From positions 2,294,001 through 2,358,000 of the forward strand of contig OZ176054.1 of NCBI GenBank assembly GCA_964247055.1: a DNA stretch of 64,000 bases. Reading direction: 5' to 3'. The stretch's first letter is position 1. Each line of letters begins with the position of its first letter. This DNA is from Paragordius varius. Its lineage: Eukaryota > Animalia > Nematomorpha. Position numbers and translations under genes: made by a program. This document shows, piece by piece, positions 50,694 through 63,425 of this stretch. Under the pieces are notes generated by a model. It was not told the origin of the DNA. It saw nothing but the letters and a program-made list of their open reading frames with translations, and did not search any database.

Positions 50694-53600
50694 ATGCGCA
50701 GTGCATTTGAACAATATCTCCAGATGTTTTACGCATGTGTCTTAAGTTTTCTGGTAGGAATTTGGAAATTTGGCATAACTACAGTTAATGGCATGGAAAA
50801 TGGATTAGCATTGACACCACCAATGGGTTGGATGTCATGGCAACGTTACCGCTGTAATACAGACTGTGCTCTTCATCAGAATGATTGTTTAAAGTTTTTT
50901 TATAATATTATATTCAGTGAAAATTTGATAATGGATACTGCAGATGCTTTTGTTAGACTGGGTTTAAAAAAAGCAGGCTACACTTATATAATTATTGATG
51001 ACTGTTGGGCCGAAAATAACAGAGATGAGAACGGTGAACTGCAACCTGATGCAAAGCGTTTTCCACATGGAATCAAATATTTAGCTGATTATGTAAAATC
51101 ATAAATTTTATTATATATTTGATTTTTAGTCGAATTCATAAAAAACTGCTTTCGTTTTTTTAACGCATGAAGGATTGTTAACGGAATCATTGTTGTAAAA
51201 CCGGGTTAAAATTTTTTTCCCAATTTTTATTACTAATTCTGTTATTTTTTAAATAAAAGGCATATTAAAATACAATAAGTTTTTGTCGGTTATATCCATG
51301 TGTCCAAATGAAATATCTGTAAAAATTAGAACCGAAACAACAACCAAAACTATTTTAAGCAACAATATTTGGAATGGGGCAAATATATAAACCGTTTTTT
51401 AAAAACTATTCAAAACCGGAATTGAAACCGTAACGGCGGGATATAAAAAGAAATCCCGTTCTATTTAGATAAAAATATTTAGCAAAGAGACTCTAAATAT
51501 TTATAGTTTTTAATTGAATATACAGTTACATAAACTCGGTCTTAAGCTTGGAATTTACGCTGATTTTGGTACTTTTACTTGTCAACATTACCCAGGATCC
51601 GAATTTTATATAAAAACGGATGCTCAAACATTTGCTCGTTGGGATGTCGATTACGTTAAAATGGATGGCTGTTTCGCCGACCCTGGTCAAATGAATGATG
51701 GTAACAAATTTCGGTTTTTTATATTCATTCTTCAGGAATTTATTGTTTAAATTCCTTCATAAGACAGCCACATCAAATTTATTAAATACGCACACCTTTA
51801 AACCAATTAATATATGATTTTTATGGATATTTCCTCCAATTTCTTAATAACGTTTTAGTTTTATGGTAAAAATTGTTGAGATTTGGGTTATAATGAAAAG
51901 GGGAGTTTATTTTACTATACAACGTGTTTTTTTCTTTATAAAAGGTTACCCAGAGTTTTCCAAATGGCTAAACAAAACGGGGCGATCTATGATATTCTCT
52001 TGTAGTTGGCCTGATTATCAGAGTGATACTCAGCGGGTAACATTTTTTTATTTGATACATTTATAGTGTATATATAAAATATAATGGTGAAAATAAATAT
52101 AATTAACCATTTTTCCGAAACCAATAAACTTTTTTTAAATTTTATCACTTTTTATTATTATCGGGGGAAAAAATTTTACCAGTGATTATTTATTTTATGT
52201 TATGTTGATCATTAAATTTATTAAATATAATTATTATTATCCAATTCGATTCATATTTCCTCAAATATTAAACTTTAAACAAAATATATTATATAATATA
52301 GGCTAATTATACGTACATCTCAGAATTTTGTAATTTATGGCGTAATTACGATGACATCCAGGATTCGTGGGAAAGTGTACGTGCCATAATAAAATTTTAT
52401 GGAGATAAACAGACGGAATTAATAAACGCTGCGGGCCCAGGGCATTGGAATGATCCTGATATGGTTTTTTTTAGATTTAATTGGATTTTATTTGACACAA
52501 AAAATGGTTGAGATAAGAGGAATAGATTTAATAAATGGGATAATTGTCAAAAAGAAGGTTTTTTGATTTTAAAATATAAATGAGTGGAGTGAATAAAAAA
52601 AGAAACCCTTTAAGTGTTTCCTATGCACACTTTTTCAAATAAAGGGTTTCCTCATAATTCACATAAAAAACACATCTGATTAATACTCGAGTTTCCTTAA
52701 ACCATGCCTAAAACCGATTTAAGTATGCCTAAAGAAAAATTGATAGCTCTTCTAGTAAAGTAACTTATAAATATTTAATATTTTTATTATCCCTTAGTTT
52801 TAAACAAATCTATGGTGCCGTATATTGTAATTTAAAAAAAAGCCTATAAAATCTCCAAAATGATCTTTTGACAGAAACAAAGAAATATTACAATATAAAT
52901 TAGATTAGAAAGGCTATCGATAATATGAAAAGTTCGATAAAAAAAATATGATTTGAATATTACAACAGGGAACGTGGTTATTAAAGATAAGATCGAATCG
53001 GAGGAGATTTTCCTAAATTTATTAAAACAATCGAATCCGCATTTTGCATTTATAGCCGGAGGTGTTTCTGTGGGAGTGCCTCTAAAAGGTATAGATTTGC
53101 TTATATATAGAAACAAATTTAACGCCGTTCTCGCAGCTATCGAGAATAGCTGCCAGTTTTCAAGATACATCTCCATTGTTTGATTTCGAGGGCGATTTGG
53201 ATGATACGTCCAAATATAAGTTATAAATATATAAAATTGAGATGATCTCGATAATAATACCCATGTAGTAGTCAGACGCGAAAGATAAAACGAAGTCAGG
53301 TTTCTTTCGGATGATATATTAAAATTAAATTTTAGATAATTGTAAAAGGATTCAAGGCAGAAGGCAAAAACATCCCCAGGCCTTGGAGGATGAAGGTGAA
53401 TCAACAATTTTCCTATTAAATGAAAAATTGCAAAGATTACTAATGGTGAAGGAGTTGAGTGAAACTTATATCATCCATGATATTTTATATTATGATAATT
53501 TAAATAATAAATAGTTTTAATAATTATTTATGTAATTTCTCTGATTTGATTATATATACAAATTGTTATTTGACAAGAATCACTTAATAGAATTAAAATA

Positions 53601-56600
53601 TATGTAGGTTGCATAACATAATACGAATTGTGAATTGTTAAAAAAATAAAAAATATACGAGTTTGTAAATGGCTTTATACATAGTTATAATAAAAAATTG
53701 CAAAAATTATAATAGTTCATAAGAGGTCATTATCAATCATCGAGCGTAATATTTAATTTCGCCTTTTTATACCTAATCTTTTGGATCTTGAATTCTCTTT
53801 TTCGGTAGGCAAACACTGATCTTTATCTGATAAACCGGTCTCAATATCAGGTTCATCTTCTTCTATTTGGTCATTAAAATGCTTTGATATATTAGTGTAA
53901 AATTGCGCAAGATAATATGACTTTTGATAATTTTGGAAGAGCAATTCGAATTTTATTACCAAGTATGGGAAATCTTTTTTTAATTTGGCCAAATATGCGT
54001 TCAATAACACACCTACTTTTGAGTGAATTGTATTGAACTTCTTTTCATATAGACCAGTTGGATTTCTAAATGATGTTAAAAGTCAGGGGGATATTGCATA
54101 GCCGCTATCTGCAAGCATAGATGCATTAGCTTTAAAGTTTTTAGTAAATTTTCCAAGACTACTGCGTCTGAATATCCTGCTGTCATGTATACTTCCGGGA
54201 GAATTTATATCTTTGTTTATATAAAAGTGGGTGCAATCTATGGCTCTAACTATACCAGGCATCTTATATTGCTTTTGCCATAGGGTTTTTGCTTGAGAAA
54301 TTTCATCCATATTGCTAGGAAATTTGATCCATTCATGTGCTTTTGTCACAAAGGACAATTTAGTGAGTAGTATATCAATAGAAAACAAAGGTATTCTATA
54401 AACGTCCAGGTAGTGATGCCAATGAATATATCACTAGCTTGGATATAAATTCTCCCGGAAGTATGCATGACAGCAGGTTAAGACGCAGTAGTCTTGAAAA
54501 ATTTACTAAAAACGTTAAAGCTAATGCATCTTTGCTTGCAGATAGCGGCTATGCAATATCCCCCTGGCAATTTAGAAATCCAACTGGTCTATATGAAAAG
54601 AAGTTTAATACAATTCACTCAAAAGTAGGTGCGTTATTGAACTATTTGGCCAAATTAAAAAAGGATTTTCCATACTTGGTAATAAATTCGATTTGCTCTT
54701 CCAAAATAATTGCTCAATTTTACACAATATATCAAAGAAAGCATTTTAATGACAATATAGAAGAAGATGAATCTGATATTGAGACCGGTTTATCAGATAA
54801 AGATCAGTGTTTGCCTACCGAAGAGAAGAGAATTCAAGATCCAAAAGATTAGGTATAAAAAGGCGAAATTAAATATTACGCTCGATGATTGATAATGACC
54901 TCTTATGAACCATTATAATTTTTGCAATTTTTTATTTTAACTATGTATAAAGCCATTTCCAAACTCGTATATATTTATTTTTTTAACAATTCACAATTCT
55001 TATTATGTTATGCAACCCACATATATTTTAATTCTATTTAGTGATTCTTGTCAAATAACAATTTGTATATATAATCAATTCAGAGAAATTACATAAATAA
55101 ATATTAAACTATTTATTATTTAAATTATCATAATATAAAATCATGGATGATATAAGTTTCAACTCCTTCACCATTAGTAATCTTTGGAATTTTTTATTTG
55201 ATAGGGAAATTGTTGATTCATTTTCATCCTCCAAGGCCTGGGGATGTTTTTGCCTTCTGCCTTAAATCCTTTTACAATTATCTAAAGTTTATTTTTAATA
55301 TACCATCCGAAAGAAACCTGACTTTGTTTTATCTTTCGCATCTGATTAGTACATGGGGTATTATTATCTCGAGATCATCTGAATTTTATATAGTTATAAC
55401 TTATAATGGACGTATCATCTAAATCGCCCTCGAAATCAAACAATGGAGATGTATCTTGAAAACCGAAAGCTATTCTCGATAGCTGCGAGAACGGCGTTAA
55501 ATTTGTTTCTATATATAAGCAAATCTATACCTTTTAGAGGCACTCCCACAGAAACACCTCCGGGTATAGATGCAAAATGCGGATTCGATATAAATTTAGG
55601 TCCTCCGATTCGGTCTTATCTTTAATAACCACGTTCCCTATTGTAATATTCAAATCATATTTTTTTTTCATATTATCGATAGCCTTTCTAATCTAATCTA
55701 TTATAATATTTCTTTGTTTCTGTCAAAGGATCATTTTGGAGATTTTTATAGGCTTCTTTTTTTAAATTACAATATACGGCACCATAGATTTGTTTAAAAC
55801 TATGGGATAATAAAAATATTAAATATTTATAATTTACTTTACTAGAAGAGCTATCAATTTTCTTTAGGTATACTTATATTGGTTAGGCATGGTTTAAGAA
55901 AACTCGATAGTTAATCAGTTGTGTTTTTTATATGAATTGAAAGGAAACTTTTTCTTTGAAAAAGTCAGCATAGGAAACACTTAAAGGGTTTCCTTTTTTA
56001 TTCACTCCACCCAATGTGTTTTTTGTTATTTGAATTAAAACTGTTTTGGTTTTTTGGTTCCAAGTCAATATTTTTATTTCTGGTTCCTATTTCAACCAAT
56101 TTTCTAGAAAAAACGGATTTCGAAAACTTGTTAAATAGTAATCTAGGATGTTTTTTTACATTTTTAGGGATGACCTGTTGTTTCCAATGTAGTTATAATA
56201 ATGCTACCAAAATATAAGCAACTAAAATGTAAAATTTTTATCATGTTTTTCAAATAAAATAAAAAAATTTAATTACCATAAATCATAATGATGATTTGAA
56301 AAATAAGAATTAATTTTACGGATCCACTGTTTAAATATAAAAGCCTAGCGTCTTTGGAAATTTTATTTGACTGCCAAATAAGGCTAACTGCTTTAAATTA
56401 TTCGGCTTTGTTAAATATTTATGTATTACAATATACATGTCTAGTTTTTTTATCTAAAATTTCCAGATAGAATATATAGCAAAGAGCATTATTATTGGCT
56501 AGTATTAGTAAAAAGCGAAAAAATAAGTATTGGCCAATAATAATTCTCTTATCTTTATATGCTATCTGGTAATTAATAAAAAACTGGCAATATATTTTTA

Positions 56601-57088
56601 CTCATACTGTGTTTAAATATCATAATTTTTAAATAATATTTTATATATTTATCTTTTACTAATCGCAGCTAATTATTGGGAATTATGGTTTAAGTACGAC
56701 ACAAGCTCAAACTCAACTGGCTTTTTGGTCCTTACTATCTTCACCTTTGCTTATTTCCACAGACCTTTCCAATCTTGATCCCATTAGCTTGCGGATTATA
56801 ACGGATTCAGAGGCCATTGCTATAAATCAAGATGTTTGGGGTTTCCAAGGTGCTAGGATTCATACGGTATAAAGTTTTTCGATAAAAAATATATATATCT
56901 ATTGCATTTTTCTTGATTGTGTTGATTTATAATTTTTATATTTAGAATAGTTTGTTTGAATATTTATTACATCAAAAAAATATATATTTTATGTTTCCAA
57001 ACAACATAAACATATATCAAAGGATGTGATCCGTAGACACAGAATTGATATATTGAAGTCATTTCTATTTAATTAATTCAGTACATTG

Positions 57089-57123
<35 letters not shown>

Positions 57124-58745
57124 TTATAAATAACAAAAATGTGTTTTTTTTCATTAAATTTCGTATTAGGAAAATACGCCATAAAAACATTCAATCATCA
57201 ATTTTTTTGTTAGGCCGGTAAAATTGAAGTTTGGATGAAACCACTTTCTCATTCACGTTTTACTATACAAACGCAACATATTCAAACTCAAACCCAACAA
57301 ATTCCAATTAATTCATTTTTTTTAAACTCTTTGAATGTCAAAAATAATAATATATATTCTAGTCACCACACCTCTCCTATATTAAACACATTATTTAATG
57401 CAAGGACTAATGTAAGTCGTAAAGCTTTGTTCGATAACATGGCTTTCCTAGTTTATAATATGGGGGATGATGGAAGTCCCACGCCCTATACGTTTCGCCC
57501 TAAAATGTTTGGGTTAACTCAAGCTTCTGGGTATCGAGTTAAAACTATATTTCCATATAATAATCGACAAACGTATTTAATGGAAGATGAAACTCATATC
57601 AACAGTGTAGCTGGAAAAAGCAATAATATCCTAAATAGTAAGTAAAATACAAATTTGGCATAAATGCGAATAGTTTAAAAACATAAAAAGTATAAGACTT
57701 TCAAATTTTTATATCCACAACCAAATATTAATACCTTGTTCATTAAAACATTTATTAGCACCAATCTGAATAAGACAATGAGTTGACACGAAAATAAGTT
57801 TTTGATGGCTTTATATAATTTAACTGGAGAATATGGATCATTTCCAAAAATATTGGTTTAAACCAGGGATATCCAACATAAATGGCTTCGCGGACCGTAT
57901 TTCTGGATCGAAAAATCCGGCTGGGTGCATTTGTAAATTATATGGGCATTAACAAAAATTTTATAAGAATTTATAGACCTATTTACTATATTTATTTTAA
58001 CTTTGCTAGTCCATTGCCAAAATTCGGAAAGATTTTATTTTAAATTTATTGCGAGCCGCAGAAATATTTTGAAGGACCGTATGTTGAACGCCCCTGGTTT
58101 TGTTTAAACTATATATTTTCAATTATTATAAATTGATTTTTCCCACCTTTCATTAGATAATCTTAAAATTGAATTGAACTTTAATTTTTATGATAGATGT
58201 TATATGAAATGTAAAATAATTATAATTTATAATCTACAAATTCTATTGCCGAAATATTACATTTTTGATATAATATATTCGTTTGTGAATATAATGAAAA
58301 TTCCCTAGTGTTCAATTATATGCAATGAATGTATATCTGCCAACATTTTTGTGAATTTATCATTCATCATGGAAGAAAATGACCTTTAATATTAAAATAT
58401 TGTTTAGAATGACGTAATAATGTCAAATTTCCATTATTATTTAGATAATTATAAATAATAACATTATTAACTTTTGATAAACTATTTGATTACGGTACTT
58501 TTTTACAACATTGTATACTTCCAATCTTTTGAATGAAACAGAAGGGGTATTCAAGCGTTTGACTTTAGTGTTTGAAATTGCTAAAATTCCAAATTTTAAA
58601 ATATTTTTTCACATTTTTTTTAGATAATTATGGTGAATATGAAAACGAGGACGATTATATAATAATAAAACCCGAAACGAATGTTACCGTATTTGTGCCA
58701 CCTTCTGGAGTAGTTTATCTTCGAATAGAAGCGATTAAAACTTAG
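50694..58745 (+). CDS. NAGA: GH27 alpha-N-acetylgalactosaminidase / alpha-galactosidase, ~515-523 aa; exons 50694-51092, 51526-51700, 51945-52036, 52302-52463, 56669-56866, 57214-57637, 58624-58745
   Basis: Signal-peptide-like N-terminus, NGLALTPPMGW, IIIDDCW, LGIYAD, nucleophile YVKMDGC, SCSWP, acid/base WRNYDDIQDSW, GPGHWNDPDM, AIAINQD, IEVWMKPLS and C-terminal VPPSGVV. All junctions are frame-compatible (1572 nt). Confidence 0.92.
52582..56012. mobile_element. PIF/Harbinger-derived giant palindrome (arms 52582-54211 and 54442-56012; 230-bp spacer) in NAGA intron 4
   Basis: The arms are reverse complements along their length. DDE_4 transposase remnants include WIKFP, AIDCTH, DANEYITSLDINSPGSMHDSR and LADSGY. 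Termini GAGTGGAGTGAAT / ATTCACTCCACCC are both flanked by AAT. Confidence 0.92.
57093..57120. repeat. (TA)n microsatellite in NAGA intron 5
   Basis: About 14 TA units. Confidence 0.95.
57864..58096. mobile_element. hAT-type MITE in NAGA intron 6
   Basis: TIRs CAGGGATATCCAACATA / TATGTTGAACGCCCCTG. GTTTAAAC lies immediately to the left and recurs 5 bp to the right of the element, so the TSD is imperfect or displaced. Confidence 0.6.
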
Positions 58746-61700
58746 CAAACGTTTTATTGGACCAATATTTATAACATGTTCTTTTCTTACATTTAATGAA
58801 TATATCTCAAGGTTGTGGTATAATTAAAAACTATCAAAGAGCCAAATTTTAATTTATTTATTTATTTTTAATAAATTATATTTATTTATACTCTCATATT
58901 CTAGAAATTTCAAGATTGTTTTAAAAAAATCAAAACATCTTTTAAATTTTTATGAATTAGTTCAAGGGAAAAAACCATAATTGATTAAAAATTAATATTC
59001 CCCTAATATGGTGCGAAAAGGTTTCAGTAAAATAAATTAGAGTAAGGTTAAGTTTATTAAAATTTTCGTTAGTATAATTTATCCTTGTTTTAAAAAAGAG
59101 TTTAGAATAAATTTAAAAAAATCCCTTTACGTTACATCATATATATTTCAATGCAAAACCAGTGCAAGATTATCACTTTTTCATCTTTATACGTTATTAG
59201 AAATGTCCAAATATGTATATTTAATCAAGCAAAAATAATTTCTGTTTTTTATAAACTCTTTGATACGAGTTTGTGTGAGCCTGCATATATAAAGAGAAAA
59301 GTAACATTAATACAGTGATGGTATTGCTAATATATATATATATATATATAGCTATCTATAAGTGAGAGATGTTAGTAAAAAGTCTCATACCAAAAATGAA
59401 TAATAACCAACCAAACAAAAATCAATAAAAACCTCAAAAATATTTTTTAGGGAAAAACGTGTACATATAATAATAATGGATTAACTGCAGAGAGCGAACG
59501 TTTTTTTTGGATATTTTTATAAAATTCCTTCAATACATACCATTTGTGGCTACTCAATGTAGATTTGTCCGTAAAAAATTTGTATTTTTATGCTCGTGTT
59601 TAAGGTTGACAAAATTTGAAAAAGTTTGATTTTGCATATTTATGAGGAACATATCATTTATCTCCGCTTCATTATCTCTTCCATTTTCATAAATATATAT
59701 ATATATATTGGGTTTGATTGCTTTTTTACAGCAAAAAACACGGAGAATTTAAAACTATTTCATGAATTTGTGCGAATCTATTATTATTATACCTCTGGGA
59801 CTTGAGTTTTTGAATTGAAAAGGGCAAAATCGATTAAAAATTCCAGTAAATAATCTATTTTTTAAGCATGAAAATGGGAAATATTTGCAATAACTCAGCC
59901 TTTTTGATCCCATCTGTATCAACGGATTGTCATCAACAATTACAGCATTCTTGGAACCAATGTTTGCGATGGTGCATCCCACAAAAACAGTTTTAACATT
60001 TGTTTTATATTAATGCCTTGCCTATAAAATAAAATTAGGATATCGTAATTATTTTATTGTAAAATTTAATTGGTTAAACACTTAATTACATTTTATTTTT
60101 TATTTATTGGGCATTTTTTACTTGGGAATGATAAATTTATATAATTTTTGACTTTGGAAAAATACTGCTTGTCGTTGATTTTTCGCCTAGCCATTTGATT
60201 ATAAAGCTAGAATTTATTGTTTTTAAATAAATTTAGATGCCGATTTTTTAAAAATGTTTTGGATATGTGCCCAAAAGGCATAGAAGGTATATTTTTAAAT
60301 TTGGCTCATTAAAAGATAATTAATTGCTCTCTCGGTCAGAAAAGTACTTTAAAAGGAATTGATTGGAGTGTTGAAATAGATTTCTAGATTAAAAGATTAT
60401 ATGTAATTAATCTTTGTAAAAAGCAAAATTGGCTTGAGTCCAAATTACCTTAAGTTTCTGTCATATATATTTATCAATTTTTTAGTTTATCTTCATTAAT
60501 AAATATAGAATCTATTTGTATTTAATATAAATTTATATTATTATATATAAAACGGATTTTATCTTTCTCTATAGCTGTTACTTTATTTTAAGAGTTGCCT
60601 TTAAATTCTCTTAAAACTTGAATAAAAAATAGATGTTAAATTTATGCATATACTTTAGGCAACCTGTCAATATTCAATATATTATCATCCAAGAAGAATC
60701 AACCAAAAAGTCAGGACGGGTAATAATTAATTTATATAAATTGCCGATAAAACCGTATTATATTTAATTCAAAAATTTTAGACTGTGGCAATTACAAAAA
60801 TTATATGAGAACAAATTTCACTGGAAAGATGTGAAAAAATATGAGAGGCTTAGATTTCTAGTAAAGACTTAAAATTCATAAGATTGGATATAAAAGCTCA
60901 TAATATTATAAATAAAAAATTGAATCTTATTTTACAACTGCAACTAAATATGTTTATTAGCAACTTTTTCTGAAAATTAAAAACGTTAGTGTGTAAATAA
61001 AGTTTATCTGCATCGATACCCGAATGCAATGGCATGATGAATTTATTCGTATAACAAATGCGGTTAAAATACTAAAAAATATTTATTTTTTTAATTCTAT
61101 TTCGTATTAGAAAAACAAAAAACAACGTTTAGATCTAAAAAACCTTAATTACTTTTTAAACGAAGAACGCTACATGTTTCATTTTTTATCTAAAATATAT
61201 ATAATAAAACATAACCCAATACAGTGAAACCACTTTTTATGCATGCGGTACAGGTTAAAAATATCACTTACCTAAAAAAATTTGCCAATTTTATAAAATA
61301 ATTATCATTATCTAGCACATATTAAAAATTCATATCGTGCAATCTTGGCACTTTTTGTTCATTTTTTTACCACTCCATTGGTTTAGTTTTACATCCCAGA
61401 GCGATTTAAAATCTATTAAGCCGAATTTAAAATTATGCTTTCTTTAGCCTTTTAGATTATAAAAAATGTTAAACAATGTAAATTAAAAAATCCTCATCTC
61501 AAACCTTTTTGCCGCCATTTTCCCATATTTTTTAATCGCTTATGCAACAGGCAAATAAATGTATGGTTAGAAAATGAATTAATAAAATGCTTTCAGACTA
61601 CATTATACATGCAGAAACTTGATATATTTTATTATTATGAGCTCTTCATTTCAATCGTATTTTAGAGCTGTCCACATATAAGACTCTTGGAAGTTAAAAA

Positions 61701-63057
61701 ATTTTAAAAAATAGCTTTTTTATCTAACACATGAGACAACAATGTTTGAAAATTAAATTTTAACTAAAACAACGTTATGTAGTTTATTTACAAAATTGAG
61801 CTCTGGAAATATAAAACAACCTTACCGGGTAAACTAGGACAAAAAAGGAAAAGGTGATGAAGTGTTAAATTAGCTTATTGTAACGGGGCCTAAAATTTGA
61901 GTCTTTTAGAGCCCACCTCGAAAAGCTATTATTTAGTTGCTTTTATATTTTTCAAAATATATTAACAAAATATTTTGGTACAAAGCCTTAGCTTACACCT
62001 AAAATAATTAATTTGGTATAATGAGCGCTAATTTTGCCACTTTTCAGCTGAGTAATTATCAAAAGAATACTTCTTAAATAACTCCCTTATAGGTCTCAAA
62101 ACAAAAAATGTGAGATTTTAAAACTTTGTAAATTACATATAAGTATTATACCAGGATATTTTCTAAGGGCATTGAAGTACATATATATCTTGCTGGTGAT
62201 ATTAAAATTTTTAGGTTAAAAATAAATGGCAAGTATCTAAATAAACTATAAATAAAAATTATGAATGTCGGCTTTGACCAGTTTCCGAGACGTATAGGCC
62301 CCCAAAAATTCAATAATACTTTTTTACAAATGCGTCGAATATAATCGGCCCATTCTTTGAATTAAGCTCCGTTATTTGACACTGCCCCTGTAAAATATGC
62401 AAGAAAAACTAAATCCTAAAAATAATTTTTTAATCCAAGTTTTGAGTTTTTCAATGGAATTTTAAGTATTCCCAGTGTAAAAGCAAAATTTTTAGCCAAG
62501 AACTTTTTTAATCAGCCACTGTGCTGGGCTCCACCCTCTGTAAAATCCGCCATTATATAAAAATAACGTGTTTCTTTGGAAGAAAGCTTATGGAACCATA
62601 TACATTAAATAATAATATTGGATATTTGCCACTTAGAAGCAATAAAATCGTGTCTGCTTATATCTTTTTGTTTACAAATAACATATTATCAATTTACTTT
62701 TGATATTTTCGACTAAGTTACAGCGACGCTGGAAAAAACAAACTCTTAAATAATCTAGTCAAAAAATATATTACGGTATAGAGGAGTAATCATAATTAAC
62801 TCCTAAAAATTTTGCATTTAGCTTAAAAATTATCAATTTGAGAAAATTGATAGCGTCCTCAACTATTAGGCAATGTAAAGTTTAATTCGTTGTGGATATT
62901 TAATATTAAGATTATTAGACTGAGAAAACAATAATTTATGGTATCTGTATGGAAGATAATTAAACTGCTGAATTAAAATTGTAAAAAATTTGCAATCTAT
63001 TACTTTAAACTTTTAGGTTAATAGTTTCTATGCTTAAATTATTTTTTATATTTATAG

Positions 63058-63425
63058 CGCCATGGTTCTTCGGCTGTCTCAGCAGGGGTATCAAGCACCA
63101 TCAAATCTAAAAGTACGCTAAGCCTAAATTCTGATAAAAATACGATTGCTCATCATCAACAACCATATATAAATACCAACAATAAAAGTCATGGGGGGAT
63201 CATCCATTTACAATTACCTATTAGGGGAGCCGGTAATAAATTCCATAAAAAACTTTTTCGTTCCCTTTCCCGCAAAAAACGGCAACGTTCTCAAACGACA
63301 AACGATGAAATTTTACTGGCCAGTTGGAAAGAGAGTCCAACTAGCAATTCTCAAAACAATGAGCTTACTGACATATTTGATGCTGCCAATGAACAAATGG
63401 ATGTTGGGGAAAACAAATTTGATAA
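63058..63425 (+). CDS. Probable internal coding exon of an unidentified gene (RHGSSAVSAG...KKLFRSLSRKKRQRSQ...GENKFD)
   Basis: Acceptor TTTATAG|CGC, ~123 open codons in a frame the ORF track missed because it lacks an early ATG, and a candidate donor AA|GTAGGA at 63426. A phase-compatible 61-nt candidate upstream exon lies at 60659-60719 (QPVNIQYIIIQEESTKKSGR). Confidence 0.5.

Noticed and set aside
52844-55625. Track ORFs of 60-187 aa in the NAGA intron as independent genes
   Set aside because: They are mirrored fragments of the Harbinger palindrome (transposase and probable partner gene remnants or their antisense frames), broken by stops.
52582-56012. Explanation of the palindromes as amplification (MDA) or assembly chimeras
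   Set aside because: The arms differ by many substitutions and indels, whereas chimeric fold-backs would be essentially identical.
59755-59982. 75-aa minus-strand ORF and overlapping plus-strand frame
   Set aside because: No recognisable domain and an in-frame stop on the plus strand; not supportable as a gene.
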